Positions 28,587 to 41,740 of a stretch of DNA of 64,000 nucleotides are shown piece by piece. This DNA comes from Tubiluchus corallicola (Eukaryota > Animalia > Priapulida): NCBI GenBank assembly GCA_030141605.1, contig JAQGDQ010000360.1, positions 1 to 64,000 on the forward strand, read 5' to 3'. Made by a program: the position numbers and the translations under genes. The notes beneath the pieces are model-generated. The model was not told the DNA's origin. It worked only from the letters and a program-made list of their open reading frames with translations, and did no database searches. Each line of letters opens with the position of its first letter. Positions within the stretch are counted from its first letter, which is position 1.

Positions 28587-29188
28587 TTGGCATCCTTCTG
28601 TCTCGGAAGACAATGGAGTGTGCGCCAAGAGAGTCAATTATTGATCACGTTGATGGAGCTGCAGCGTCGACTGTGGCTGAGCAGTGCGATCCTTGAACGT
28701 CTCCAGGGCGCACGCCTGGGCAAGGTGTATGGAGATCCTGAGTTGCCCAGACAACAGGAACCCCCTCTCTTCCTCCCAAGGAAAGTGGAGCGATACGTTT
28801 GGCACCAGGTTGGCTGCAGGAGCTGCCGGAGTCAGTGAGCATGCTGCACTGGTCCGCCTTCGGGGCTCCATTCCTGATTTGAAAAGTTTACCTTTGGGTC
28901 ACTTGACCTCCTCCACCCTCTATCCGTTGGCTGCTTGTGCAGCTCCTCTGTCTAGTGTCGAGATACAGTGTAGGCATCCCGCAGGCATTTTTATCGGTTA
29001 TAGCGCCAATAGCTCGCTTTCACACCTAGCTCATTTAGTAAAACCAGTGTCGCCACGAGGAGGCAGAGCGTAGGAGTTTGTCTGGCAGAGGTGGTAGAGT
29101 TGCACAAGCCTCTTGGAGCCACTTTGTAGGTCACTGGGAGCTCATCCCCAAGTGCCCAGCTCCGGCAATACCAAGACATTTAGGTTCC
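28587..29188 (-). mobile_element. ~600-bp non-autonomous RTE-derived retroelement (5'UTR-like part fused to 3' terminus), in intron 1, antisense to the gene
   Basis: GC-rich island between (AAT)n tracts; 3' end ...ccattgtcttccgagacagaaggatgcc resembles RTE termini; no RT ORF; copies with the same 3' end at 4742-4910 and 56019-56357. Confidence 0.75.
29001..29172 (-). ncRNA. HDV-like self-cleaving ribozyme fold
   Basis: Minus strand: P1 GGUAUU (G1=29172) / GACACU (one mismatch); P3-L3-P3 GCC-UCCUCGU-GGC (29064-29052); GG for P1.1; P4 UUUUAC/GUGAAA; J4/2 GCUA (C at 29012); imperfect P2 UACGCU/GGCG(C)UA. Confidence 0.65.
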
Positions 29189-29647
<459 letters not shown>

Positions 29648-30139
29648 CATAAAGTATCTGCATAAACAGTGTTGGTGCAAGACTTTGTGAAAATAACCCA
29701 ATCAGAGATTGAAATTAAGAAATTAATTATATTATTTCTTATAGTGTTGAAATGAAGTTTTAGCAGGAGAAAAGAAAGGCTCTATGCAACCAATGCTGAA
29801 TTTTTTTGTAAAAAAACAAGCATAGAAGAAAGAAGAAATGACAAAAGTGTATCAAACAGAGGAAGATACTTCAACGCAACAAAGAGTCCATGTTTCAAAT
29901 TTAAATTTTCACTGCAAACTCTCTTTGGCTTTTAGTTAAAAATTGTCGGGAAGAAATGTCATAAAGTGTTTTATTTATGAGCTAAGCTTAACTTTTGCAC
30001 TGAAAGGCAAGTGAGAGCTTTACATAGTCAGAAGTTATTGATTCTTGTCCTGCAGGGCAAACTTACTGAGCACTCTTACATAAGCCAAGCATTTTTAATC
30101 TTTGGGTGGGAAACACAACTGAATGCTTTTACATTGTTT

Positions 30140-30231
30140 TCTACGGAAACCATTGTTTCACTTAACGACGTTTCCCTTAACGACGCATTTTGCTGAAACG
30201 CATTAGTGTCGTTAAGCGAGGACTTACTGTA
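30140..30231 (-). mobile_element. Single Tc1/mariner-pogo-like MITE terminus
   Basis: Minus strand TA-CAGTAAGTCCTCGCTTAACGAC with subterminal ttaacgac repeats; other end not found. Confidence 0.4.
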
Positions 30232-30259
30232 TTTATATGTTATTACAATTTTTTTTCAG

Positions 30260-30616
30260 AATATCACATGTACCTTCAATGCCACATAACTAATCTTTCC
30301 ATGGACAACACGCATAGGATAAAATTCTCGTGCTCAGACGATGACGCAATAGTCGTACTAAACACATCATTTGGTGTTCCAAATAAAAACGATACTTTGG
30401 CCAACATTGCGTCTTATTTGGGGTGCGAAATTAGCTCACCAGATGGCGAATGTTTAGTTGATCTTACTGCGGACCTCAACAGAACATGTTTCGGCGAACG
30501 ATACTGTAGCTTTTATACCAGCGAGATCACGTGGTCTATTGGCACGTCCACATGTTTCGAGGACAGTCAATGGTCACTTGCGGAAAAATTAATCTTTGTG
30601 AGCTATATGTGCATCG
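30260..30616 (+). CDS. Exon 2: divergent SUEL (galactose/rhamnose-binding lectin)-like domain, 8 Cys
   Basis: ttttttcAG acceptor, G|GTAGGT donor, phase 1-1. Pattern C..FSC...IVVLNTSFG...C...C...LNRTCFGERYC...C...KLIFVSYMC follows SUEL cysteine spacing and the terminal VxYxC. Confidence 0.75.
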
Positions 30617-30774
30617 GTAGGTTGTAATACAATATATAGTGTACACACACTTTTAGTTTTGGTTAATCGATAAAATCGCCACATTTCATCAAATCGTCTT
30701 GAGCTTGCAAATTCTGGGAAACTATCAAACGTTGCTTATCAAAAACAAATAAATAACAGTAACGAAAACTACCA

Positions 30775-30895
30775 CAAACAACAACATCTACAGCAGTAAC
30801 AGCGACGGTTACAGGTACAGTAAGAGCAACAATAGCAGCAGCAGCTGCAGCTGCAGCTGCAGCGATGGCAACAACAACAACAAATGACAATGACA
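30775..30895. repeat. (CAA/CAG) low-complexity tract in intron 2
   Basis: Read directly. Confidence 0.7.
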
Positions 30896-30999
30896 ATTTC
30901 AGTATCAAAATGGCAGGTAGTCTTCACAGCTAATCCAGTCTGTGTTGCTGCTGTAGATATTCTCTATTTACATTACAGTAAAATAATCTTTGTTTACAG

Positions 31000-32109
31000 A
31001 GACACCAACACCTACAACTTCGAGTACAACATTGATCACTGAAGAACCTGAATCCACACCATCTTCTACAGACGATACAACAGAGCCACCTACAACTTCG
31101 AGTACAACATTGATCACTGAAGGACCTGAATCCACACCCTTTACTACAGACAATACAACAGAGACACCTACAACTACAACTTCGAGTACAACATTGACCA
31201 CTGAAGAACCTGAATCCACACCCTTTACTACAGACAATACAACAGAGACACCTACAACTACAACTTCGAGTACAACATTGACCACTGAAGAACCTGAATC
31301 TACACCATTTACTACAGACAATACAACCGAGCCACCTACAACTACAACTTCGAGTACAACATTGACCACTGAAGAACCTGAATCTACATCATTTACTACA
31401 GACAATACAACAGAGACACCTACAACTACAACTTCGAGTACAACATTGACCACTGAAGAACCTGAATCCACACCCTTTACTACAGACAATACAACAGAGA
31501 CACCTACAACTACAACTTCGAGTACAACATTGACCACTGAAGAACCTGAAACTACATCATTTACTACAGACAATACAACAGAGCCACCTACAACTACAAC
31601 TTCGAGTACAACATTGACCACTGAAGAACCTGAATCTACATCATTTACTACAGACAATACAACAGAGACACCTACAACTACAACTTCGAGTACAACATTG
31701 ACCACTGAAGAACCTGAATCTACGCCATTTACTACAGACAATACAACAGAGCCACCTACAACTACAACTTCGAGTACAACATTGACCACTGAAGAACCTG
31801 AATCTACATCATTTACTACAGACAATACAACAGAGACACCTACAACTACAACTTCGAGTACAACATTGACCACTGAAGAACCTGACTCTACGCCATTTAC
31901 TACAGACAATACAACAGAGCCACCTACAACTACAACTTCGAGTACGACATTGACCACTGAAGAACCTGAATCTACATCATTTACTACAGACAATACAACA
32001 GAGACACCTACAACTACAACTTCGAGTACAACATTGACTGAAGAACCTGAATCTACGCCATTTACTACAGACAATACAACAGAGACACCAACACCTACAG
32101 AGCTACCAG
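31000..32109 (+). CDS. Exon 3: Thr/Ser/Pro/Glu mucin stalk, ~13 x 84-bp (28-aa) repeats
   Basis: tttacAG acceptor, CAG|GTGTGA donor, phase 1-1; open frame; unit E(T/P)PTTTTSSTTLTTEEPEST(P/S)FTTDNTT. Confidence 0.85.
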
Positions 32110-32263
32110 GTGTGATCTATATTTTCTTTTGTACGAATTTCTTTAAAGTTGTTTAGAATTTGTCATAAAACCATAAAATAAGATGGGACTGCGTGTTCTT
32201 TAGAATATATCATAAAAATGCCACTAGATCAATTAAAACTAAAATCTGTTTTCTTTTTCACAG

Positions 32264-32343
32264 TGGGGCTTATCATAGCTGGAGTTACACTTGGAGCCAT
32301 GTTGATCGGAGTCACGATTTTCTTTCTTTACAAGAAATTGTAA
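32264..32343 (+). CDS. Exon 4: transmembrane helix + basic stop-transfer residues
   Basis: ttctttttcacAG acceptor; in frame VGLIIAGVTLGAMLIGVTIFFLYKKL; then either a GTAAGT donor at 32340 or TAA at 32341-32343. Confidence 0.8.
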
Positions 32344-32622
32344 GTTTGTGATTGCCAAACACTAAAAAGCAATTGAGAACCCACCGTCAACTGTGCAGGA
32401 AATAACAGTTTCACAAATTTGAATAATTTAAATGAATACAAGTGACCTTACTTTCTTAAAAGTAACCATGTTATAGCTTGAAAACAAGATTATAACCATG
32501 TTATATATTGTGTAAGCTATTAGTTTTTGAAAATTCATTTAAAGCGTTACTATGGCCATTGTTGGGCGCATATTAATGTTTTATATTAGTATTTTATTGA
32601 GTACACACTATGCACATATTAG

Positions 32623-33240
<618 letters not shown>

Positions 33241-33317
33241 TACAATATTAGCCGCAACACATCTGTGAAAGTTGATTACATACATATGTGAATTAGAATG
33301 AATTTGAATTGTGTTAA

Positions 33318-33775
33318 CCCTTTCAGTCCCAAATTATTTTTTAATAAGAAATTTTTTTTGGCTTGTTACTTTTGTTCAGTATGTCCATCTTGTTTACACA
33401 TAATAATAATTTTTTTTCTACCTGTGCCCGCTTGCTAAATATAGCCTGTATCCCACGGGATACATTGGGATTCAATGGAAGCATAAAATGTGCTTCATTT
33501 TGCAACTGCTGATAATTTTTTAAAGTATTTAAGACATTAAGTATGCACGCTATGCTGATCTGTACAAAGTCGTCTCTAAAGTACTGTACCTTGCGCAGTT
33601 TTTTATGCTATGTAGATTTTCTAGTTTGCCATTTTATCACCATTTTTAGTCTATTGTTATTGGCTTAAATCAAAATAACTATTAACAGATCAAATAACTT
33701 CAGTTTTAAAATTTTATTAATTTTAAAGGCACAAAATATTTTCGTATCCCACGGGATACAACGGGTATGAAAGGG
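33318..33775. mobile_element. piggyBac-like MITE (458 bp)
   Basis: TTAA-CCCTTTCA...TGAAAGGG-TTAA; internal palindromic motif gtatcccacgggatac at ~33448 and ~33744. Confidence 0.85.
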
Positions 33776-34189
33776 TTAAGGGAAAGTTAATACGTGATCA
33801 TTGCTACGTGGCGCCATCTGTGTAATGAGAAAGACGTTTCGCACACGACGACCGTTAAGTGACGTTTATTAAATAATTAAACAAGTTACATTAATTAACT
33901 TACCATCGAAACGTGATTTGTTTTCTAAGCATACTATCGGTGGTACTTCATATAGCTGCAACAATTCGACTGCTAGACCTTTATTTGAGTGTTCAAACTA
34001 TGACACACCCAGAACACTACTATTGGATCAGCCCTGTTATTATCGACATGTAACTCAAGAATTACACGGTCACCTATCCAGTGGCGTTCTATTCAAATTG
34101 TTGCAGAACTACATAGAGTCTACTGAACGTTTTGCTAAACGATTGTACATGCAATTGTGTATTGAATTGTAATCTGAATTTTTGCCTTT

Positions 34190-34450
34190 TGAATTAAACA
34201 CCAATCATATTGATCAATCATACTTTTGTATAACTAATAGGATGGCGTAGGCCTAAACTGATAATTGTTTTTGGTATCACTTCTGTACTCTGTGGGTTTT
34301 GTATATTTCAGTTTTAAGTGTTAACTAACGAATTACTCATATTTTTAATTAACTATTTATGTAACTGTATTCTTGATAACCATTTGTATGTCTCTGTTCT
34401 AAACTAAAATGTACAGTGGAAAAACTCTGATCAGTAATATTACTGTATGT
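34190..34450 (+). repeat. Paralogous block (partners ~26030-26225 and ~26570-26620)
   Basis: Shared aaacaccaa...caatcata...ttttaagtgttaa and acagtggaaaaactctgatcagtaatattactgtatgt. Confidence 0.75.
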
Positions 34451-35014
34451 TTATCCACATAAAATGCATAAAGTCCATAATAGTATCAGATATTATTTAT
34501 TTATTTTATTTATATGCGAGAGTCAATTGTATTATTACCGGATTCAAAAACTGTTCTGTTGATGTTAAGTGAAGACTTTCGTAGGATTTTGTACCCAGTT
34601 TTATTGCAATAGTCTCTGGTTTAGTCATGGTAAAAGAGAAATTGAAGGATTGCGTATTACCTATAATAATGCCATTAGAAGCCTCTTTGGTCTTTCTAGT
34701 TGCTGTAGTGCAAGCCAAATTGTATGTTAGCTACAATGTACTAAGTTTTTCATGCATACGTAGCAAATCTGCGTTTAGTCACAGAGGTAGGCTGTTTTTG
34801 AGTCAGAATACTGTATCAATAACAATGCTGTACAATGCTGATATCAAACTTTTCTAAATCGTGGCAAAGAATTTCGTATGCCCATTCTAACTAACTCTTT
34901 CTAGCATATAAGCTTACTATTTTTCTGTAAACCAATTCTGTGTATTTATTTGCACCTTATTTTTATTCTTGTTTTATGGACTTTAAATGTCCGTAGTGAA
35001 ATAAATTAAAAAAA

Positions 35015-35410
35015 ATAATAATCTTAATGAAATATGGAACACTATAGTATATCGTCTTATGAAGTAAGTGCTGGAATTGCCAAATGGAATCGAGGTTGAA
35101 TGGAAGTTAAAAAGAAAACGTCATCGTTGCTACGTGGCGCCATCTGTGAAATAAAAATAATTCTGCCTTGAACCTGTAAAAGTTTTGGTTATTTTTTGTC
35201 TGCTCTTAAATTGTGGGAGCTTTTTAGCCATTAGACTGAAGGTTTTTTGTTTCCAAAAAAAGAGGCTTATAAAAAGGCATATTATTAGTACTTTGTCGAT
35301 ATTCAATGTGGTTCCATATAATGTAAGTCACATATGTAGTCACAATGTAGTCACATATAAATAAAAGCAACGTACGAATGATTAAAACATCATGATACAA
35401 ATACTTATTG
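35015..35410 (+). repeat. Paralogous block (partner 24955-25310), followed by (AAT)n at ~35438-35540
   Basis: Direct comparison. Confidence 0.9.
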
Positions 35411-35437
35411 AGTGCTGCGACTCTGAGAATGCCGAAC

Positions 35438-35512
<75 letters not shown>

Positions 35513-37185
35513 TAACAACAACAACAATAATAATAATAATCTTATGTTGCGCTGCCATTCAATCTTTTGGTTGTAATGATGATAAATAAACTTACTGCCT
35601 GATTCCCTTTTCTTTGACAATTCACTTTCTTTGGCCTAAAATAAGTTTAGCACATAATAAAAGAGGAATGGAGTCGATCAACTCTGTTTACAAGCACATG
35701 TCTTATCTGAATACTTCAGATTTTTGTAGACTTACGTTTCATGGGAAAATAAACTTCGGCTTAGTTTGTTAAGCGGCAAGGCAGTGGGTAGTTTAGCAGT
35801 TTCGTTAAAGTAGCCATGAATTAATCTAAGTGCTTAATTTTGCATTGCATTTAGTTTTATAAAATTTTCATTTTTAACGATTTGAAGTAAAGTGCAACTT
35901 TAGACTTTTGTAGATGAGAATTTTTGTTTTCTTGGTTAAATGACCAATATCAACAGAATGTGTTTCCATTTAATATAAATAACTTGAGTAATCAGCATTT
36001 GTTTTCGAATCCTCTCTAGCAAAATCTTACACTATTTCAAGCTATTCAAGACTACATCAGATCCAAGCACGGCTTTTCTGAATTTGATCGTATGTAGTAC
36101 TACTAATTTAACATCAGTATTTATTTAAACATTACTAACACTTATTAGCCATGCACCAAATTCTGTAATTCTGTTTCTTTGCAATACAGCCTAAGGTATT
36201 TTTAATCTGTTTATGTATACCAAAAGTTATAACTAAGTAAAAATATGTTTAGAAAAAAAATCGAGAAAAAGTGTAGTAATAGCACGCCCACAGCAAAAGA
36301 ATTCAGTGCCCCGCCCTCAATTTTCAATCTCTTCCCCACGGTCTCCATGCACTCCAAACACATTTTGCTGTAATTTAATAAATTATACACATATATAGTG
36401 ATGCCTGTATATTATGTTCGTACTACAGTACTACAGACATTGACCTTACATCTACAGCTTGAGTTGAATCCATTCAATGTATGTCTTGGGTCTGCATTAA
36501 AAAATCCTGCAATTTCAGCTATACTGTCTTTCTGTACATACTTGTGATGTGTGGGGCACCACTTGTCGTATGGGGGTGTTTGTCGTACATAGAAATAAGA
36601 TTATTATATGCAACTGCGTGCATTGGACGCTTTCGTTACGACACCACAAACACTTTATTCATACTAATTTCTGATATTTCTGATACGTGCTGACACGTGG
36701 GTTCAGTGAATCTTTCCATTTAAGCATTGTTCACAGACATGTATTCCAAATAGAAGCAAACGAAACAGTTTTTTAATATTACTGGTAAATCCTTGGTTTT
36801 AATGTAATAAGAACCGAAAGCAATTTACTTTAATTCAAAACAACAACAAAGTTGTAATAGTTACAAACAAGAATTAATAACTAAACGTTTCTAGATAACC
36901 TAAGATAAACAGAAGACTAGTTAGCCCCAAACCCAGGTGAGGGAGAAGGATCTAAGGTAAGTATACTTACCCGTTGTAGTGACTGCAGTCGGAAGCTGTC
37001 GTGAATGGAAACTGGAATAACGTGACTAACCTGTTATGCGAACTTCGTGGAGTTTTGAGCAGGTATTCTTCCAAAATTCGAGCATGATCTGTCAGTTAAT
37101 TTTAACCAGAATGATTATGACAACAATGACAACAGAATGTGTGGTGAACAGCCATGTTTGAGTTGTTATTGTCAGATTCTGCTGC

Positions 37186-37470
37186 AGACAAATCTGAGCC
37201 TTTGATTCGAGGTGTTCAACGATCAGTTCAGACAGCTTCTGATTATGATGTCTCTTTTAAAGTTGAACGAAACACTTACGATGAACCCTACAGCAAAGGG
37301 AACATGCGTGATGAACAGTCATATCAAAATTCATCATCATCAGTTTCTAGAGACAAAACTTGGCCTTTGATTCGAGGTGTTCAAAGCTCAGTTTATACAG
37401 TTTCTGGCTCTTATATAATATCTCTCTTCATGTTAAAAAAAACACTTACGATGAACCCCACAGTGCAAAG
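37186..37470 (+). repeat. ~165-bp imperfect tandem duplication within an open frame (possible cytoplasmic exon)
   Basis: gcctttgattcgaggtgttcaa and aaacacttacgatgaaccc each occur twice. Confidence 0.7.
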
Positions 37471-38596
37471 TTTAACAACAACAACAATAATAAAGCCGTT
37501 GTGGATTGGACGATTTCACATTCTGGGAAGTGTAGATGATGACATAGATCAGCACAGCGACACCACAGCGCATTTTTTAAAACATGCCAAAGACGAGTTC
37601 ATCAGAGAAACCAATTCATCAGCCATGGGAAACCAACATGAGTATGCACGACACGATTCAACTTCTACCTACATTAGTTGATATAAATTTTACACAAGTT
37701 GTGAACTACTCTACATTACTCCAACTCCTCCAACAATTAGCATAAAACAGAATATTACTTTGGTTCCTATTATTTTGTTTACAAATTGCGTTCATAATAT
37801 CTTAGAAGTTTTACAACATCAAGAAAAAAAAGTGCTGATGACACTACAGATCATTAGGCTCACTTCAAAACCCATTTTGCAAAATAAGACTTAGCTGAAC
37901 ACATACACAACATCTAATGCAAAATTTAATTATCACAGGAATTCGTGATATTTTCTCCCACAAACCTAACTAATAAACTTACTAATAACAAAACATGCGT
38001 AATACAGAAAAATTGTGAAGAAAATAATGAACTAAGTATGAAATTCCTAGATTGAAAGTAGGCGATACGTTGTTACGGGAAGAACAATTTAATAACACCC
38101 ATTCAAAAATAGTAATTAGCACTTCATTTATTTTACAAGTAATATGCAAAAGTACTAAAACAGAAATACTTCATGTTTTACATGACTGCACACCCCCGTA
38201 AAAATTAACATGCCCACAACTTAAATTAGCCTAAGTGTTTGTTTCATTTAAATCCTTACCGATTTAATATTGAACAATTATACTGCGTGTTACAATGTTC
38301 ATATGCAAACAAAATGTCACTTATTTATGTACTACTATATGTGCATGCATTAAGCTAAATACACACAGCAAATTATTCAGTGCTGATTATCAAGAAATAA
38401 ATTACAAAGCACCATGAAAACATTTTAACAGCACAAGAAAAGAACTGCCATTGCTAATTAGTTCATGCATTTGGCATCTCTTTTGTCACAGACATGTTGT
38501 AGCCACCATTAGCTAGGTAAACTTCTATGTTTAGCCTCAAAATACAAGTGAATATCGCGCATGGCTTCACGCAGTTTGCTGGAATAACATGAAGAG

Positions 38597-39553
38597 ATGG
38601 CAGACAGAATACCTGAATTGAATGCAACTTTTAGCTTCACCAGTTATGCAGTTCATACTAATATCGAACTCGGTGTGAACATTTTTTCATTGACTTTAGG
38701 CATTGCCATCATTATAGCTAATAGCATTGTTATCATAGTGATTGCCAGGGCACCAACCTTACACAAACCATTGTATTATGCACTGTGTAACTTGTCAGTA
38801 GCTGATCTGTTCTCAGGAATCTGTCTCACTTTTCAAACGATTGCCTTTAGTGTTGTTGATCCGAAGAAGAAAAACTTGACAATGTGCGTGTTTCTGTATG
38901 TCATACCAAATGCTTGTGTGAGTAATTCAGCCACGTGTTACTACCTGGCTACAGCTGAACGATACATTAGTATTGTGTATCCACTTCGCTACCACGTTTG
39001 GCTGTCCGATCGCCGTGTAAGAAACATTCTCATTTTTGCATGGATTTATCAAACAGTCGTATTTGGTTCTTTGTCAATTTTGTACATCATTGACAGGAAA
39101 ATTATATATAAAGGTGTACCAAACCATCATGGATTATATGCAAAGTACGTGTTTTACTGCTCGGTGACTGTATTTCCAGCGATATTAATTTCATTTTTCT
39201 ACGCCTACATCACTATCCTAAAAACTGCATTGAAGCAAGTCCGGGAAATAGAAAATTCCACACATGTGGCAGCCGACAGCACTGTGACTAGAACGACATC
39301 ACTGCAAGCAAAACTTAAACCTGTGAAGACTGTCGCCACCATAGTAGCATTGTTTTTCGTGTGCTATACACCAACTATGGTGGCGTTCTTTATGTTGTAT
39401 GTTCATGGTGAAACAAATATGGTTAATGCAAACAATGATCACTGGTATATTCTACCAGTATACTGCAATTCACTGGCTAATGTGTTCGTGTACGTAGCAA
39501 AAATGGAGGAGTTTAGAAATGAAATGAAGAAGATGATTCCTTTCTATAACTAA
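38597..39553 (+). CDS. Intronless class A (rhodopsin-like) GPCR, odorant-receptor/MECA-like, copy 1 (318 aa)
   Basis: 7 hydrophobic segments; N-glycosylation sequon NAT; LHKPLYY, LSVADL (TM2), ERY..IVYPLRY (TM3), CYTP (TM6), NSLANVFVY (TM7). Confidence 0.95.
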   Translation: MADRIPELNATFSFTSYAVHTNIELGVNIFSLTLGIAIIIANSIVIIVIARAPTLHKPLYYALCNLSVADLFSGICLTFQTIAFSVVDPKKKNLTMCVFLYVIPNACVSNSATCYYLATAERYISIVYPLRYHVWLSDRRVRNILIFAWIYQTVVFGSLSILYIIDRKIIYKGVPNHHGLYAKYVFYCSVTVFPAILISFFYAYITILKTALKQVREIENSTHVAADSTVTRTTSLQAKLKPVKTVATIVALFFVCYTPTMVAFFMLYVHGETNMVNANNDHWYILPVYCNSLANVFVYVAKMEEFRNEMKKMIPFYN

Positions 39554-40783
39554 AATGCATGCTTTATCTTATCACTGAGAAAATGATTAATAATACTGAC
39601 ATGTTAAACAAATTGACTGATTTATAGCACTTGGTTTCTAATAATCAACGATATCAATATAGTAGCCAAATGGACTGCTGCAGGCTTAGTGGCAAAGGTC
39701 AGGCAATGCCAATCAAAGGTCAGCGTCATGATGGATTGGATGATTTCACATTCTGGGACGTGTAGATGATGACATAGGTCCACATGTCGACACCTCAGCT
39801 CATTTTTCAAAAAATGCCAAAGACGAGTTCATCAGAGAAACCAATTCATCAGCCATGGGAAACCAACATGAGTATGCACGACACGACTCAACTTCTACCT
39901 ACATTATTTGTTTATAATTTGTGTTCACAATATCTCAGAAGTTTTACAACATCAAGACAAAAAACACAACGTGCAGATGACACTACAGACTATTACTCTC
40001 TGTGCAATGTCCATTTTGCAAAATAAGACTGAGATCAACACTTACACAACATCTAATGCAAAATTTAATTATAACCCACTGAAATTATCAATAGTAAACA
40101 GGAATTCGTGATATTTTCTCCCACAAACCTTGGAACTAAACTTATTAAAAACTAAACATGTGTTATACAGAAAAATTGCGATGAAAATAATGAACGAAGT
40201 ATGAAATTCCTAGATTAAAAGTAGGCAACACTTTGTCACGGAAGCACAATTTAATAACACCCATTCAAAAATAGTAATTAGCACTTAATTTATTTTACAA
40301 GTAATATGTAAAAGTACTAATACAGAAATACTTCATATTTTACATAACTGCACACCCCCTAAACAAAAAATAATAATTAAGTAAAAATTAACATGCCCAT
40401 AACTTAAATTATACTGCATTTCATCCTCTTGTCTTTTTTCACATTGTGTGTTTTATCTACCGATTTAATATTGAACAATTCTATTGCGTGCTACAATATT
40501 GATATGCAAATAAAAATGTCACTTATTTATGTACTACTGTTTGTGCATGCATTAAGCTAAATACACACAGAAATAAATTGCAAAGCGTCATGAAAACATA
40601 ACAGCACTAGAAAACAAACACTCATTGTTGAATGGATGATGCACTTTTGACATCCCCTTTGTCCCAGACAGTCTGCGAGCAACATTAGCTAGGCACACAA
40701 CCAAGTTTATAGACAAAATTATGAATTAATGCAGTTAAATCTTTGCAGAGCTCCCTCATAATTTGCTAGAATAACGTGAAGAG

Positions 40784-41740
40784 ATGGCAGACAGAATACC
40801 TGAACTGAACGCAACTTTTAACTTCACCAGTGATGTAGTTCATACTAATTTTGAACTCGGTGTGAACATTTTGTCATTGATTTTAGGCATTGCCATCATT
40901 ATAGCTAATAGCAGCGTTATCATAGTGATTGCCAGAGCTCCACGCTTACACAAACCATTGTATTATGCACTGGGTAACTTGTCAGTAGCTGATCTGGTCT
41001 TAGGAATCTGTCTCACTTTTCAAACGATTGCCTTCAGTGTTGTTGATCCGAAGAAGAAAAATCTGACAATGTGCGTGTTTCTGTATGTCATACCATACGC
41101 TTGTGTGAGTAATTCAGCCACGTGTTACTACCTGGCTACAGCTGAATGATACATTAGTATTGTATATCCACTTCGCTATCACGTTTGGCTGTCCGATCGT
41201 CATTTAAGAAACATTCTCATTTTTGCATGGATTTATCAAACTGTCACAATCGGTGTTTTGTCAATTTTGTACATCTTCGACAGGAATATTTTACACAAGT
41301 GTGTACCAAATCCTCATGGATTATATTCAAAGTACGTGTTTTACTGCTCGGTGACTGTACTTCCAGTGATATTAATTTCATTTTTCTATGCCTACATCAC
41401 TATCTTGAAAACTGCATTGAATCAAGTCCGGGATATAGAAAATTCCACACATGCGGCATCCGACAGCACTGTGACTAGAGCGACATCAGCGCAAGCAAAA
41501 CTTAAACCTGTGAAGACTGTCGCCACCATAGTAGCGTTGTTTTCTGTGTGCTACACACCAATTATGATTGCCATTTTTACGTTGTATGTTCACGGTGAAA
41601 CAAAGATGGTTAATGCAAACAACTATAACTGGTTTCTTCTACCAGCATACTGCAATTCACTGGCTAATGTGTTCGTGTACGTGGCAAAAATGGAGGAGTT
41701 TAGAAATGAAATGAAGAAGATGATTCCTTTCTATAAATAA
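40784..41740 (+). pseudogene. GPCR copy 2 with a single in-frame TGA (41147-41149) replacing the ERY arginine
   Basis: Same 957-nt length as copies 1 and 3; ORFs 40784..41149 and 41258..41740 are in one frame; no other stop or frameshift seen. Confidence 0.88.

Noticed and set aside
28581-29179. Overlapping short ORFs within the GC-rich element
   Set aside because: No RT or endonuclease motifs; frames are disrupted by indels between the three copies.
30968-32074. 368-aa Val-rich minus-strand ORF
   Set aside because: Antisense shadow of the mucin exon; the plus frame has matching splice sites and domain context.
41147-41149. Selenocysteine recoding of the in-frame TGA
   Set aside because: The homologous residue is Arg (CGA), not Cys, and no SECIS was recognised; a CpG transition explains it.
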